Assembly: GCA_016218345.1 (NCBI GenBank)
Contig: JACREH010000116.1
Location: 1 to 53,071, forward strand
Origin: Gammaproteobacteria bacterium
Lineage (GTDB): Bacteria; Pseudomonadota; Gammaproteobacteria; Acidiferrobacterales; UBA6901
DNA: 53,071 bases
Direction of reading: 5' to 3'
This document shows positions 1-10,025 of this stretch, one piece after another (the first letter of the stretch is position 1; the number at the start of each line of letters is the position of its first letter). The notes below the pieces were generated by a model. It did not search any database. It was not told the DNA's origin and saw nothing but the letters and a program-made list of their open reading frames with translations. The position numbers and the translations under genes were made by a program.

Positions 1-519
1 GTGCGCACCTACAGCGCGCGCTTCCAGCAGGTCGTGCTCGATGAAAACCGGCGCCCGGTGCAGGAGTCGTCCGGCACGCTCTGGATCGAGCGCCCCGGCA
101 AGTTCCGCTGGGACTACGGCAAGCCGTCCAATCAGCAGATCGTCGGCACCGGTAAAAAGCTGTGGATATACGATCCCGACCTGAAGCAGGCGAGCGTGCG
201 CGACCTGACCGGCGCGGTCGGCGATACCCCGGCGCAGTTGCTGGCCGGGCAGGGTGCCTGGCAACAGCATTTCACTATTAAGGAGTTGGGCAAGGACGGT
301 GCGCTCGATTGGATCCAGATGTTGCCCCGGAAAAAAGACAGCGGCTTCGAGTCCGTCCGCCTGGGCTTCGCCGGTCGTTCGCTGCACACCCTGGAGTTGA
401 TCGACGGCCTCGGCCAGACCACGCGCATCACCCTGAGCGAGGCGCGCGAGAATGCCAAGATCGATGCCGCCAAGTTCCGGTTCACGCCGCCAGCCGGCGT
501 GGATGTGATCGGTGAATGA
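1..519 (+). CDS. lolA: Outer-membrane lipoprotein carrier LolA (5'-truncated by window)
   Basis: F.Q..., [23 protein letters not shown] and [11 protein letters not shown] motifs; immediately upstream of rarA. Confidence 0.93.
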   Translation: MRTYSARFQQVVLDENRRPVQESSGTLWIERPGKFRWDYGKPSNQQIVGTGKKLWIYDPDLKQASVRDLTGAVGDTPAQLLAGQGAWQQHFTIKELGKDGALDWIQMLPRKKDSGFESVRLGFAGRSLHTLELIDGLGQTTRITLSEARENAKIDAAKFRFTPPAGVDVIGE

Positions 520-1862
520 GCAAGGCGGTTAAGAACAGCCTGTTGCCGGAAAAGGGCGCGGTCAGCGTGCCGCTCGCCGATCGCATGCGCCCGACGCGAC
601 TCGAACATGTGGTCGGGCAGGGACATTTGCTCGGACCGGACAAGGCGCTCAAGCGCGCCCTGGAAAGCGGCGTGCCGCATTCCATGATCTTCTGGGGACC
701 GCCCGGCAGCGGCAAGACCACGCTGGCGCGCATCGTCGCGACCGCGAGCGGCGCCGAGTTCATCGCTATCTCGGCGGTGTTCAGCGGCGTCAAGGAAATC
801 CGCAGCGCGGTCGAGGCGGCGCGCCAGGCGCAGGCCGAGGGCAAGCCAACGGTGTTGTTCGTCGACGAGGTGCACCGCTTCAACAAGGCCCAGCAGGACG
901 GCTTCCTGCCGTACGTCGAGGACGGCACGCTCACCTTCATCGGCGCCACCACCGAGAACCCGTCGTTCGAATTGAACAAGGCGTTGCTGTCGCGCGCCCG
1001 TGTGTACGTGCTGAAGGCGCTCACCGCCGCCGATATCCGCGGCGTGATCGATCGTGCGCTCGCCGACCGCGATCTTGGGCTGGGCGCGCTCGGCCTGGAC
1101 GTTCCCGAGCCGTTGCGCGAGCTACTGGCTCAGGCCGCCGACGGCGATGCCCGGCGCGCGCTCAATCTGTTCGAACTCGCCGCCGATCTGGCCGAAATAC
1201 AAAACGGCAAGCCGGTCGTGACCGAGGCGATCGTGCAGGAACTCATCACCGGCGGCGTGCGCCGTTTCGACAAGGGCGGCGAGGTGTTCTACGACCAGAT
1301 CTCGGCGCTGCACAAGGCGGTGCGCGGCTCCGCGCCGGATGCCGCGCTCTACTGGCTGGCGCGCATGCTGGACGGCGGTTGCGATGCGCTCTATATCGCC
1401 CGGCGGGTGGCGCGCATGGCCAGCGAGGACATCGGCAACGCCGACCCGCGCGCCCTGCAACTCGCGCTCAACGCCTGGGACGTGCAGGAACGTCTCGGCA
1501 GCCCGGAAGGGGAGCTGGCCGTCGCCCAGGCGGTGGTGTACATGGCGTGCGCACCCAAGAGCAACGCCGTGTATACCGCGTTCGTTGCCGCCATGCGCGA
1601 CGCGAAAACCCGGGGCTCGCTCGAAGTGCCGCTGCATCTGCGCAACGCCCCGACCGCGCTCATGAAGGAGATCGGGTACGGCAAGGATTACCGCTACGCG
1701 CACGACGAGGCCGGCGGGTTTGCCGCCGGCGAGAACTATTTCCCGGAAGAACTCGGGCGGCCGCAATATTATTACCCCACGGACCGCGGTTTGGAGGGTA
1801 AAATCGCCGAGAAGCTCGCGCAACTGCGCGCGCTCGACAAACTGGTCAAGAAGAAAGAATAG
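516..1862 (+). CDS. rarA: Replication-associated recombination AAA+ ATPase RarA/MgsA
   Basis: PLADRMRP, Walker [31 protein letters not shown]; ATGA overlap with lolA. Confidence 0.97.
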   Translation: MSKAVKNSLLPEKGAVSVPLADRMRPTRLEHVVGQGHLLGPDKALKRALESGVPHSMIFWGPPGSGKTTLARIVATASGAEFIAISAVFSGVKEIRSAVEAARQAQAEGKPTVLFVDEVHRFNKAQQDGFLPYVEDGTLTFIGATTENPSFELNKALLSRARVYVLKALTAADIRGVIDRALADRDLGLGALGLDVPEPLRELLAQAADGDARRALNLFELAADLAEIQNGKPVVTEAIVQELITGGVRRFDKGGEVFYDQISALHKAVRGSAPDAALYWLARMLDGGCDALYIARRVARMASEDIGNADPRALQLALNAWDVQERLGSPEGELAVAQAVVYMACAPKSNAVYTAFVAAMRDAKTRGSLEVPLHLRNAPTALMKEIGYGKDYRYAHDEAGGFAAGENYFPEELGRPQYYYPTDRGLEGKIAEKLAQLRALDKLVKKKE

Positions 1863-1867
1863 TCACC

Positions 1868-2242
1868 ATGGGTCAGGTTCTGGCCATCGGCATCGGCGGC
1901 GCCATCGGAAGCCTGTTGCGTTTCTGGATGTCGACCTGGGTGCACACGTTCGCCGGGCGCGGATTTCCCTACGGCACGCTCGCGGTCAACGTCCTGGGTT
2001 GTCTGGTCATGGGCGCGCTGTTCGTGTTGTTCACCGAGCGCCTGAGCGACAACAGCGTGCTGCGCGCCGGCGTGCTCATCGGCGTGCTCGGCGGCTTCAC
2101 GACGTTTTCGTCGTTCTCCATCGAAACCTTCAACCTTTTCGATCAGGGCGAGCACCTCAAGGCCGTCGCCAACATGGCCGCCAGTCTGGCGCTCTGCGTC
2201 GGCGGCACCTGGCTCGGGGTGATCATCGGGAGGCAAATCTAA
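1868..2242 (+). CDS. crcB: Fluoride channel CrcB/FluC
   Basis: GGAIGSLLR, FPYGTLAVN, GGFTTFSSF signature. Confidence 0.96.
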   Translation: MGQVLAIGIGGAIGSLLRFWMSTWVHTFAGRGFPYGTLAVNVLGCLVMGALFVLFTERLSDNSVLRAGVLIGVLGGFTTFSSFSIETFNLFDQGEHLKAVANMAASLALCVGGTWLGVIIGRQI

Positions 2243-2244
2243 TT

Positions 2245-2553
2245 ATGAAGCAGAGCGAAGTAGTCGTTGTGCGTATTTATCTTACCGAAGCGGAAGGCAC
2301 GCTGAAAACGCTGCTCGCCAAGCTGCACGACGAGGAGAAGGTGCGCGGCGTGACGGTGTTCCGTGGCATCAGCGGCTTCGGCCGCTCCGGCAAGGTGCAT
2401 TCATCGACGCTGCTCGATCTGTCGCTCGACCTGCCGGTGGTGATCGAATTCTTCGACACCCCCGACAAGGTGCGTCGCATCCTCGGCCACCTCAAGGACC
2501 TGTTGCCGCCCGGGCATGTGCTCTCCTGGCCGGCGCAGGTGAATGAGACTTAA
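2245..2553 (+). CDS. DUF190 (PII-like) protein
   Basis: C-terminal part of ORF 1720..2553 from ATG 2245; RGVTVFRGISGFG and LSLDLPVVIEF motifs; usual crcB neighbour. Confidence 0.88.
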   Translation: MKQSEVVVVRIYLTEAEGTLKTLLAKLHDEEKVRGVTVFRGISGFGRSGKVHSSTLLDLSLDLPVVIEFFDTPDKVRRILGHLKDLLPPGHVLSWPAQVNET

Positions 2554-2562
2554 GATTTTTTA

Positions 2563-2629
2563 GCCGCAGATGAACGCAGATCAACGCGGAGAAATCAGGA
2601 ATCTGCTTTTATCTGCGTTCATCTGCGGC
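2563..2629. repeat. CAGATGAAC-family palindrome, copy A
   Basis: Perfect 19-bp inverted repeat GCCGCAGATGAACGCAGAT (2563-2581) / ATCTGCGTTCATCTGCGGC (2611-2629). Confidence 0.9.
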
Positions 2630-2639
2630 AAAACAATAA

Positions 2640-3980
<1,341 letters not shown>

Positions 3981-4004
3981 AGCGCTATCGCCTGCGGTGA
4001 CGCG

Positions 4005-4040
4005 AAATAAAAAAGGCCCGTCACCGGGCCTCTTTTTGTT
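4005..4040. terminator. Bidirectional intrinsic terminator between serS and yccA
   Basis: A-tract, AGGCCCG-tcac-CGGGCCT stem, T-tract between convergent genes. Confidence 0.85.
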
Positions 4041-4057
4041 TCAACAGGGCAGGGCGG

Positions 4058-4729
4058 TTACTCGTCGCCGAGCACTCCGAACAAGTGCAGCAGGCTGGTG
4101 AACAGATTGTAGATCGTCACGTACAGCGTCACGGTCGCGAGGATGTAATTGGTCTCGCCGCCGTGCACGATGGCGCTGGTTTCGTACAGGATCATCCCGG
4201 CCATCAACAGCACGAACAGCGACGACACCGTGAGCGCCAGCGCCGGGATGGCGAGGAAGATGTTGGCGATGCCGGCGATGAACGCCAGCAGGATGCCGAT
4301 CATCAGGAACCCGCCCATGAAGCTGAAGTCCTTGCGGGTGGTGAGCACGTAGGCCGACAACCCCAGGAAGATCGCGCCGGTCGCGCCCAGCGCATAGGCG
4401 ATCAACTGGCTGCCGTTGGCGACGTGGGTCACGTAGATATTCAGGATCGGTCCGAGCGTGTAGCCCATGAAGCCGGTGAGCGCGAACACCGCGGCGATGC
4501 CCCAGGCGCTGTTGCGCAGCTTGTGGGTCACGAATAGCAGACCGAAATAACCGATCAGCACCACCCACACGTTCAGCATCGATGCATTGGTCGCCATCGC
4601 CACCATCGCCAGGGCGGCGCTGAACAGCAGCGTCATGGACAGCAGCAGGTAGGTGTTGCGCAGGACGCTGTTGGTGGCAACCCCTGCGGTACGGGTCTGG
4701 GCGGTTTGCGGAATGGATTCAATGCTCAT
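4058..4729 (-). CDS. yccA: Bax inhibitor-1/YccA family membrane protein
   Basis: VLRNTYLLLS, TGFMGYTLGP, GGETNYILAT motifs; ATG 4729 preceded by GGAGG. Confidence 0.93.
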   Translation of the reverse strand: MSIESIPQTAQTRTAGVATNSVLRNTYLLLSMTLLFSAALAMVAMATNASMLNVWVVLIGYFGLLFVTHKLRNSAWGIAAVFALTGFMGYTLGPILNIYVTHVANGSQLIAYALGATGAIFLGLSAYVLTTRKDFSFMGGFLMIGILLAFIAGIANIFLAIPALALTVSSLFVLLMAGMILYETSAIVHGGETNYILATVTLYVTIYNLFTSLLHLFGVLGDE

Positions 4730-4766
4730 CGTGGTTTTTCCTCCAGAGGATATGGATACCCGGGGC

Positions 4767-4795
4767 ACTCTACTGAGATGCGTCCGGCGCGTCAA
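4767..4795 (-). promoter_or_regulatory. Sigma70-type promoter for yccA
   Basis: Minus strand TTGACG-N17-TAGAGT. Confidence 0.6.
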
Positions 4796-4834
4796 TGTTC
4801 AACTTTCGGGGGCTCAGGTATGCTTGACACGTAC

Positions 4835-4924
4835 GGAGGGGTGGCCGAGCGGTTGAAGGCACCGGTCTTGAAAACCGGCAGGGGCTTACGCTCCTCGTGG
4901 GTTCGAATCCCACCCCCTCCGCCA
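4835..4924 (+). tRNA. tRNA-Ser (anticodon UGA)
   Basis: GGAGGGG/CCCCTCC acceptor stem, anticodon arm CCGGT-CTTGAAA-ACCGG, long variable arm, GTTCGAATCC, encoded CCA; 90 nt. Confidence 0.97.
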
Positions 4925-4988
4925 ATTTCTGCGTAGCGGGAAATGGCATATTCATAGACATGAGAACCTGGAGGGTGAGAATCCCGCC

Positions 4989-5036
4989 GTGCAGGATGCA
5001 CAAGTGCCGTGAAGTACAGGATGTACGGGAGTGGCC
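4989..5036 (+). repeat. GGA-loop double-hairpin repeat, copy 1
   Basis: GTGCA-GGA-TGCAC aagTGCCGTG aa GTACA-GGA-TGTAC gggAGTGGCC. Confidence 0.75.
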
Positions 5037-5054
5037 TCCCTCTCCACCAATTAT

Positions 5055-5103
5055 CTCCAAGGACGGAGTGTATGCCGCGGGAGCGCTGGACGCGCGGCGC
5101 TCC
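5055..5103 (+). repeat. GGA-loop double-hairpin repeat, copy 2
   Basis: CTCC-aaGGAc-GGAG tgtaTGCCGCG gga GCGC-tGGAc-GCGC ggcgctcc. Confidence 0.7.
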
Positions 5104-5128
5104 GTGCATGCGACGGTACGAAAAATCC

Positions 5129-5479
5129 TGTCATTTCGACCGAAGGGAGAAATCCGATGTTTTCAGAAAAGTGTTACTACGTGTATCTGCTGACGAATCA
5201 GAACAACCGGGTAATGTACGTCGGAATCACAAATGACCTTGCGCGACGGGTTTATGAGCATAAAAACAAACTAGTGAAGGGGTTTACCGAAAAAATACAA
5301 CGTAAACAAGCTTGTCTATTTCGAGGAAACGAATGACGTGCAGGCCGCGATTACGAGGGAGAAGCAGATCAAAAAATGGCGCCGGGGGAAAAAGAACAAC
5401 CTGGTTGTGAGCGTCAATCCTGAATGGAGGGACCTGAACATTGAGTAATTCTAGATTTCTCGCTTCGCTCGAAATGACA
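5129..5479. mobile_element. Inverted-repeat-bounded GIY-YIG cassette
   Basis: 26-bp IRs TGTCATTTCGACCGAAGGGAGAAATC (5129-5154) and GATTTCTCGCTTCGCTCGAAATGACA (5454-5479), 24/26 complementary, tightly enclosing an AT-richer nuclease gene. Confidence 0.75.
5157..5448 (+). pseudogene. Small GIY-YIG nuclease, +1 frameshift in A6 run
   Basis: YYVYLL...MYVGITNDLARRVYEHK; deleting one A at 5290-5295 restores ...FTEKYNVNKLVYFEE...AITREKQIKKWRR...NPEWRDL to stop at 5448. Confidence 0.85.
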
Positions 5480-5544
5480 AATCGCTCTTTCGAGGTATCT
5501 ATCCAATACATAGATTGAATTGTAATCCGCGAATCAGGCAGGCA

Positions 5545-6393
5545 ATGGCATACCGCACGTTAGTCGAACCCGAACAATTAGCAGCACACCTGGACGACCC
5601 CAGTTGGGTGACGGTCGATTGCCGTTTCGATTTGCACGAGCCCGACAGCGGGGGCTATGCCTATGGAGCCCGGCACATTCCCGGCGCGCGTTATGCGCAT
5701 TTGGACAACGATCTGTCCGGCCGCAGGCGTGCCACCACCGGCCGCCATCCCTTGCCCGATCCGGGCGCGCTCTCCGAGACGCTCGGGCGCTGGGGCATCG
5801 ATAATGCCACCCAGGTGGTGGTTTACGACGACGTGAAGGGCGCGATCGCCGCGCGCCTGTGGTGGTTGCTGCGCTGGCTGGGGCATGAGCCGGTGGCGGT
5901 GCTGAACGGCGGACTGACGGCGTGGTTGCGTGCCGGCCTGCCGATGACCGATGAACTTCCACGCGTGCACGCCATGCGCTTCGAGCCGCACCCGGACGAT
6001 GCGCGCTGGGTCGATACGCGCTTCATCGAAGAGCGCCTCGGCGCGGACGTCTGCCGGCTGATCGACGCGCGCAGCGCGGTGCGGTTTCGCGGTGAACAAG
6101 AGCCGTTCGATCCGGTTGCCGGGCATATCCCCGGCGCGCTGAACCGGCCGCTCGACCGAAATTTCGGGCCGGACGGCAAGTTTCTGCCGGCCGCGCAGTT
6201 GCGCGCCGAATTTCAGGAACTCGCCCGGGGGAAAGGCACCGCCGACATGATTCATATGTGCGGTTCGGGCGTGACCGCCTGCCACAATCTGCTGGCCATG
6301 GAGGTCGCCGGTCTCGGCGAGGGGCGTCTGTATGTGGACTCGTGGAGTGGGTGGATCACCCACCGCACCCGGCCGGTCGCGACCGGCGAGTAA
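5545..6393 (+). CDS. sseA: Tandem-domain rhodanese / 3-mercaptopyruvate sulfurtransferase (SseA family)
   Basis: HIPGA, GRHPLP, AARLWWLL, GHIPGA, active-site CGSGVTAC, LY.DSWSGW. Confidence 0.92.
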   Translation: MAYRTLVEPEQLAAHLDDPSWVTVDCRFDLHEPDSGGYAYGARHIPGARYAHLDNDLSGRRRATTGRHPLPDPGALSETLGRWGIDNATQVVVYDDVKGAIAARLWWLLRWLGHEPVAVLNGGLTAWLRAGLPMTDELPRVHAMRFEPHPDDARWVDTRFIEERLGADVCRLIDARSAVRFRGEQEPFDPVAGHIPGALNRPLDRNFGPDGKFLPAAQLRAEFQELARGKGTADMIHMCGSGVTACHNLLAMEVAGLGEGRLYVDSWSGWITHRTRPVATGE

Positions 6394-6458
6394 CCGGCAG
6401 GAGCGTTATCGACTAGAATTATTTCATGGTCCATGGATGCGAACGGAGATTCAATCTT

Positions 6459-6956
6459 ATGACGATGCGCGTCCTTTCATTACTAGTGGCTGTGTTGTTG
6501 AGCATCGTGCCCGCTGCGTACGCCGATGCGCCGGCGGGTTACGATTTTTTATCTTTCGATGACGGCCTGCGCCAGGCTCGCCAGCACGAAAAGAAGCTGT
6601 TCGTCTACTTCGGGCGTCACGGTTGCGGCTGGTGCGAGAAGATGAACCGCGAGGTATTCAGCGCGGACGAGATAAAAAAACGTTACAGCGCCCACTACGT
6701 GCTGGTGTATGTGGATACCGAAAGCGGCCGCCGGCTGACGTTGCCGAACGGCGAACGCGTCACCGAAATGGAATTCGCCGCGCGCCAGCGCATTATCGCC
6801 ACGCCCATGTTCGCGTTTTTCGAGCCGGACGGGACGTTCATCTTCAAGATCAGCGGCCTGCAAAGCATCGGTGATTTCAAAGAGTACGATCGCTACGTCC
6901 AGGACGGCCATTACCGTCGCCAGGGCCTGCGCGATTTCCTCGCGGCGCCGCCGTGA
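6459..6956 (+). CDS. Exported thioredoxin-fold protein (SoxW/DsbD-gamma-like)
   Basis: Signal peptide, CGWC motif, cis-Pro TP motif; GGAG before ATG 6459. Confidence 0.8.
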   Translation: MTMRVLSLLVAVLLSIVPAAYADAPAGYDFLSFDDGLRQARQHEKKLFVYFGRHGCGWCEKMNREVFSADEIKKRYSAHYVLVYVDTESGRRLTLPNGERVTEMEFAARQRIIATPMFAFFEPDGTFIFKISGLQSIGDFKEYDRYVQDGHYRRQGLRDFLAAPP

Positions 6957-8188
6957 AACGCATTACCGCTTGGACGGTACTGTGGCTCAGTACCGCGGCA
7001 TCGGCCCAACCCTGGGAATTTTCCCCGCCGCTGCCGGTAACCGCGGTCCACGGCGCGGGCATTTATCATCATCTGGATTCCTCCGGACGCAAGAATATCG
7101 CGGCCTCGGGCGAGACCGTGGCAATCGCCTGGGCAGACAATCGCTCCGGCAGCTCGCAGGTCTATTTCACTTTCAAATCGAAAGCGGATTCGTCGTTCGC
7201 ACGCGAGCAGCGCGTGAGCGACGGCAAGAACGCCTACGAACCGGTCATCGCCGCGCTCGCTAACGGCCGCTTTGCGATCGGCTGGGAGCAGGACGGCCAG
7301 GTATGGATGCGGCCTGTTCAGGCCGGGACCCTGGGCCGCGCGCAACTGCTGGCCGACGACGGCAGCCAGATCAATATGGCGCTCAATGTCCGGGGCCAAG
7401 GCTATGCCGTCTGGGTACAACGGGTCGGACGCCTCAACCGCGCGATGCTGGCGCGTTTCGAGATTTCCGCGGAGCAGGTGGCGCGCGTGCACGCCGCTCA
7501 GCCGGTGGATGCGCAACCGCCTGCGGCCGATCAGTTCTATCCTGGTGTGACGCTGACCGAAGCGGGGGTGATGGTGGTGTGGGAAGACCGCCGCCACGGC
7601 CACAGCGTGCTGTATTACAGTCACAGCGCCGACGGCCGGCGCTTCAGCGCCCCGAAACGCCTGAACGAGCGCGGCCCGAGCCGTTCCGGCGGTGGGTACG
7701 GCAAGGGCACGGGCGTGGCGCGCGCGGCGCTGGCCGCGCACGGCAAGAACGCCGTCACCGCGGTGTGGCTGGACAAGCGCGACTTCGAGGGCGGCTACGA
7801 CGTTTATGGTGCGGTCAGCCACGACGGCGGGCGCAGTTTCGGCAAAAATCAGAAGATCCAGGATCAGTTCGGAGACATCTATGGACAATGGCACGCGGCC
7901 ATCGCCGGCCATGCCTCCGGCCTGCGCGCGGCGGTGTGGGACGATGACCGCGACGACACCGCCGATGTCTGGCTGGCCTGGCCGGTGCAGAACGGCTGGA
8001 GTGAAAACCTGGCGGTGCCGGGCGCCAGCGGTCTCGGCGAACAGACCCAGCCGAGTGTCGCGCTCGACGCCGCCGGCGATCTGCATCTCGCCTGGATCGA
8101 GCGCGACGCGCCGGACGCGCCGACCCGGCTGCGTTATCTGCACGCCAAACGGTCGACGCCGGACGCGCCGACCGTTCAAGATAAATAA
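6953..8188 (+). CDS. Exported BNR/Asp-box (sialidase-like) beta-propeller protein
   Basis: Signal peptide; Asp-boxes SADGRRFS and SHDGGRSFG; repeated W.D.R motifs; GTGA overlap with upstream gene. Confidence 0.7.
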   Translation: MKRITAWTVLWLSTAASAQPWEFSPPLPVTAVHGAGIYHHLDSSGRKNIAASGETVAIAWADNRSGSSQVYFTFKSKADSSFAREQRVSDGKNAYEPVIAALANGRFAIGWEQDGQVWMRPVQAGTLGRAQLLADDGSQINMALNVRGQGYAVWVQRVGRLNRAMLARFEISAEQVARVHAAQPVDAQPPAADQFYPGVTLTEAGVMVVWEDRRHGHSVLYYSHSADGRRFSAPKRLNERGPSRSGGGYGKGTGVARAALAAHGKNAVTAVWLDKRDFEGGYDVYGAVSHDGGRSFGKNQKIQDQFGDIYGQWHAAIAGHASGLRAAVWDDDRDDTADVWLAWPVQNGWSENLAVPGASGLGEQTQPSVALDAAGDLHLAWIERDAPDAPTRLRYLHAKRSTPDAPTVQDK

Positions 8189-8212
8189 CAACTAATCAAG
8201 GACACTGTCTGG

Positions 8213-9547
8213 ATGACGCCGGCGACGGGACGGGCAACCACGCTACTCCGCGGCAGCCTCTGGGTCGGGTTATACCTGGCGCTGGTGCTGCTGCCGTTGG
8301 CGGTGTTGCTGCTCGGCGAGCGGCCGCCGGGCTCGGGTTTCGCCTGGGATTTTTCGGTGGCCCTCGGGTTCGGGGCGCTTTCGCTGCTGGGCTCGATGTT
8401 CGTGCTCACCGCGCGCTTCCGGTGGATGGCGCCGGCCTTCGGCATCGACATCGTTTACTATTTCCATCGCTGGGTGGCGGTGCTCGCGTTCGGGCTGGTG
8501 CTGGCCCACCCGCTGCTGCTGATCGGCGTCGAACCGTTGCTGGTCGAGTATCTCAAGCCCGGCGCACCCTGGTACATGCTCGCCGGCGTCGGCGCGCTGA
8601 TCGCGCTCGGCACATTGGTCGTCAGTTCACTGTGGCGCAAGCGCCTGCGCCTGCATTACGACGCCTGGCGCCGTCTGCACGCGCTGCTGGCGGTGTTGGC
8701 TGTGGGGCTGGCGATCGCGCATGTGATCGGCGTGGACTACTACGTCGGCACGCCGGGGAAGCGCGCGCTCTGGACGGTCTTGGCGGTTTCCTGGCTGGTG
8801 TTGCTGTTGCATGTGCGGCTCGTCCGGCCGGTCCGGTTGCTGCGCCGTCCGTATCGTGTGGTCGGCGTGCAGGCCGAGCGCGGCGATGCCTGGACCCTGA
8901 CCCTGGAACCCTCCGGCCACGACGGACTGCGTTTTCAGCCCGGGCAATTCGTCTGGCTGTCGCTCGGGCGCTCGCCGTTCGCCATGCAGGAGCACCCGTT
9001 TTCGATTGCCACCAGCGCCGAGCGGCCGGCGCGGCTCGGGTTGACTATCAAGTGCCTGGGGGATTTTACCGCGCGCATCAAGGACGTGTTGCCCGGCCAG
9101 CGGGCGTATGTCGACGGACCGTTCGGCGCGTTCTCGGTCGATCTTCATCCGGCGCCGGGTTACGTGTTCATCGCCGGCGGCATCGGCGTCGCGCCGATTC
9201 TGGGCACGTTGCGCACGCTCGCCGACCGTAACGATCACCGCCCGTTGGTGCTGTTCTATGCCTATAAAAATCTGGAGCGCCTGACCGCCTATGAATACCT
9301 GGAGGCGCTACGCGCCCGGCTAGATCTGCGGATCGTGTATATCCTGTTCGAACCGCCGCCCGCATGGTCGGGCGAGAGCGGCTGCCTGACGAAAACCATC
9401 GTGCAACGCCACCTGCCGGCCGGTTACCGCGAGCAGATGTTTTTTATCTGCGGGCCGACGGCCATGACCGATGTGACCGAGAAGATCCTCGCGGAGATCG
9501 GCGTGCCGATCGGCCGGGTCCATACCGAACTGTTCGATTTGGTATGA
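8213..9547 (+). CDS. Ferric-reductase-like transmembrane domain + FAD/NAD(P)H-binding domain (bacterial Nox-like oxidoreductase)
   Basis: About 6 TM helices with two heme His pairs (FHRW...AHP; LHAL...AHV); FQPGQF, HPFS, GGIGVAP, CGP and terminal ELF motifs. Confidence 0.9.
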   Translation: MTPATGRATTLLRGSLWVGLYLALVLLPLAVLLLGERPPGSGFAWDFSVALGFGALSLLGSMFVLTARFRWMAPAFGIDIVYYFHRWVAVLAFGLVLAHPLLLIGVEPLLVEYLKPGAPWYMLAGVGALIALGTLVVSSLWRKRLRLHYDAWRRLHALLAVLAVGLAIAHVIGVDYYVGTPGKRALWTVLAVSWLVLLLHVRLVRPVRLLRRPYRVVGVQAERGDAWTLTLEPSGHDGLRFQPGQFVWLSLGRSPFAMQEHPFSIATSAERPARLGLTIKCLGDFTARIKDVLPGQRAYVDGPFGAFSVDLHPAPGYVFIAGGIGVAPILGTLRTLADRNDHRPLVLFYAYKNLERLTAYEYLEALRARLDLRIVYILFEPPPAWSGESGCLTKTIVQRHLPAGYREQMFFICGPTAMTDVTEKILAEIGVPIGRVHTELFDLV

Positions 9548-9555
9548 TCTGAACC

Positions 9556-9648
9556 ATGCGAATCTGGCTGGCGCGCGCCTTGGCGATAGTCACCGGTCTG
9601 ATACTGGTGGCGGTGTCGGCGGTCTTCGCGCTGCTGCAGAACCCGTGA
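9556..9648 (+). CDS. 30-aa single-pass membrane peptide (not in ORF track)
   Basis: MRIWLARALAIVTGLILVAVSAVFALLQNP; fills the gap in the operon and its stop overlaps the next start (GTGA). Confidence 0.65.
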   Translation: MRIWLARALAIVTGLILVAVSAVFALLQNP

Positions 9649-10004
9649 GCGCCGCCTTTTCCGTGAAGCGGCGCGCGCTGGCGTTGCTGGCGGCGGCCTG
9701 GTGCGCGGCCGCGGCCGGTGCCGGCGTACCGGCGGTCGTGGACATTCCCTCTCGCGCGGGGGCGGTGACCTTCGCGCACGCGCCCCATGCGCAGATCGGC
9801 TGCACGGACTGCCATCACACCGGCGTGGAGCAGGGCTGCCGCGCCTGCCACACTGCGACTTCGACGGCCGCGCGCACCGGCCGGGAGGCGTTCCACGCGT
9901 CCTGTATCGGTTGCCATCTAAAGGACCTGAAGGCCGGCGCTAAGACCGGTCCGGCCAAGCGCTGCAGCGCCTGTCATGTCCAGCCGCAGCGCCCCTCTCC
10001 GTGA
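9645..10004 (+). CDS. Periplasmic tetraheme cytochrome c3 (class III)
   Basis: Signal peptide; F.H..H motif; four CxxCH (CTDCH, CRACH, CIGCH, CSACH); 8 His in total. Confidence 0.85.
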   Translation: MSAAFSVKRRALALLAAAWCAAAAGAGVPAVVDIPSRAGAVTFAHAPHAQIGCTDCHHTGVEQGCRACHTATSTAARTGREAFHASCIGCHLKDLKAGAKTGPAKRCSACHVQPQRPSP

Positions 10005-10025
10005 CCGGCGCCCGCCATGGATGGC

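Noticed and set aside
1863-1867. Fluoride riboswitch before crcB
   Set aside because: Only 5 bp separate rarA and crcB, and no riboswitch-like motif was recognised.
1720-2244. Long N-terminal extension of the DUF190 ORF
   Set aside because: It overlaps rarA and crcB out of frame; ATG 2245 gives a normal-sized protein.
8109-8173. 17-bp direct repeat CGCCGGACGCGCCGACC at the end of the BNR gene
   Set aside because: Short, GC-rich and in-frame (PDAPT twice); most likely a local duplication in a tail with no sign of mobility.
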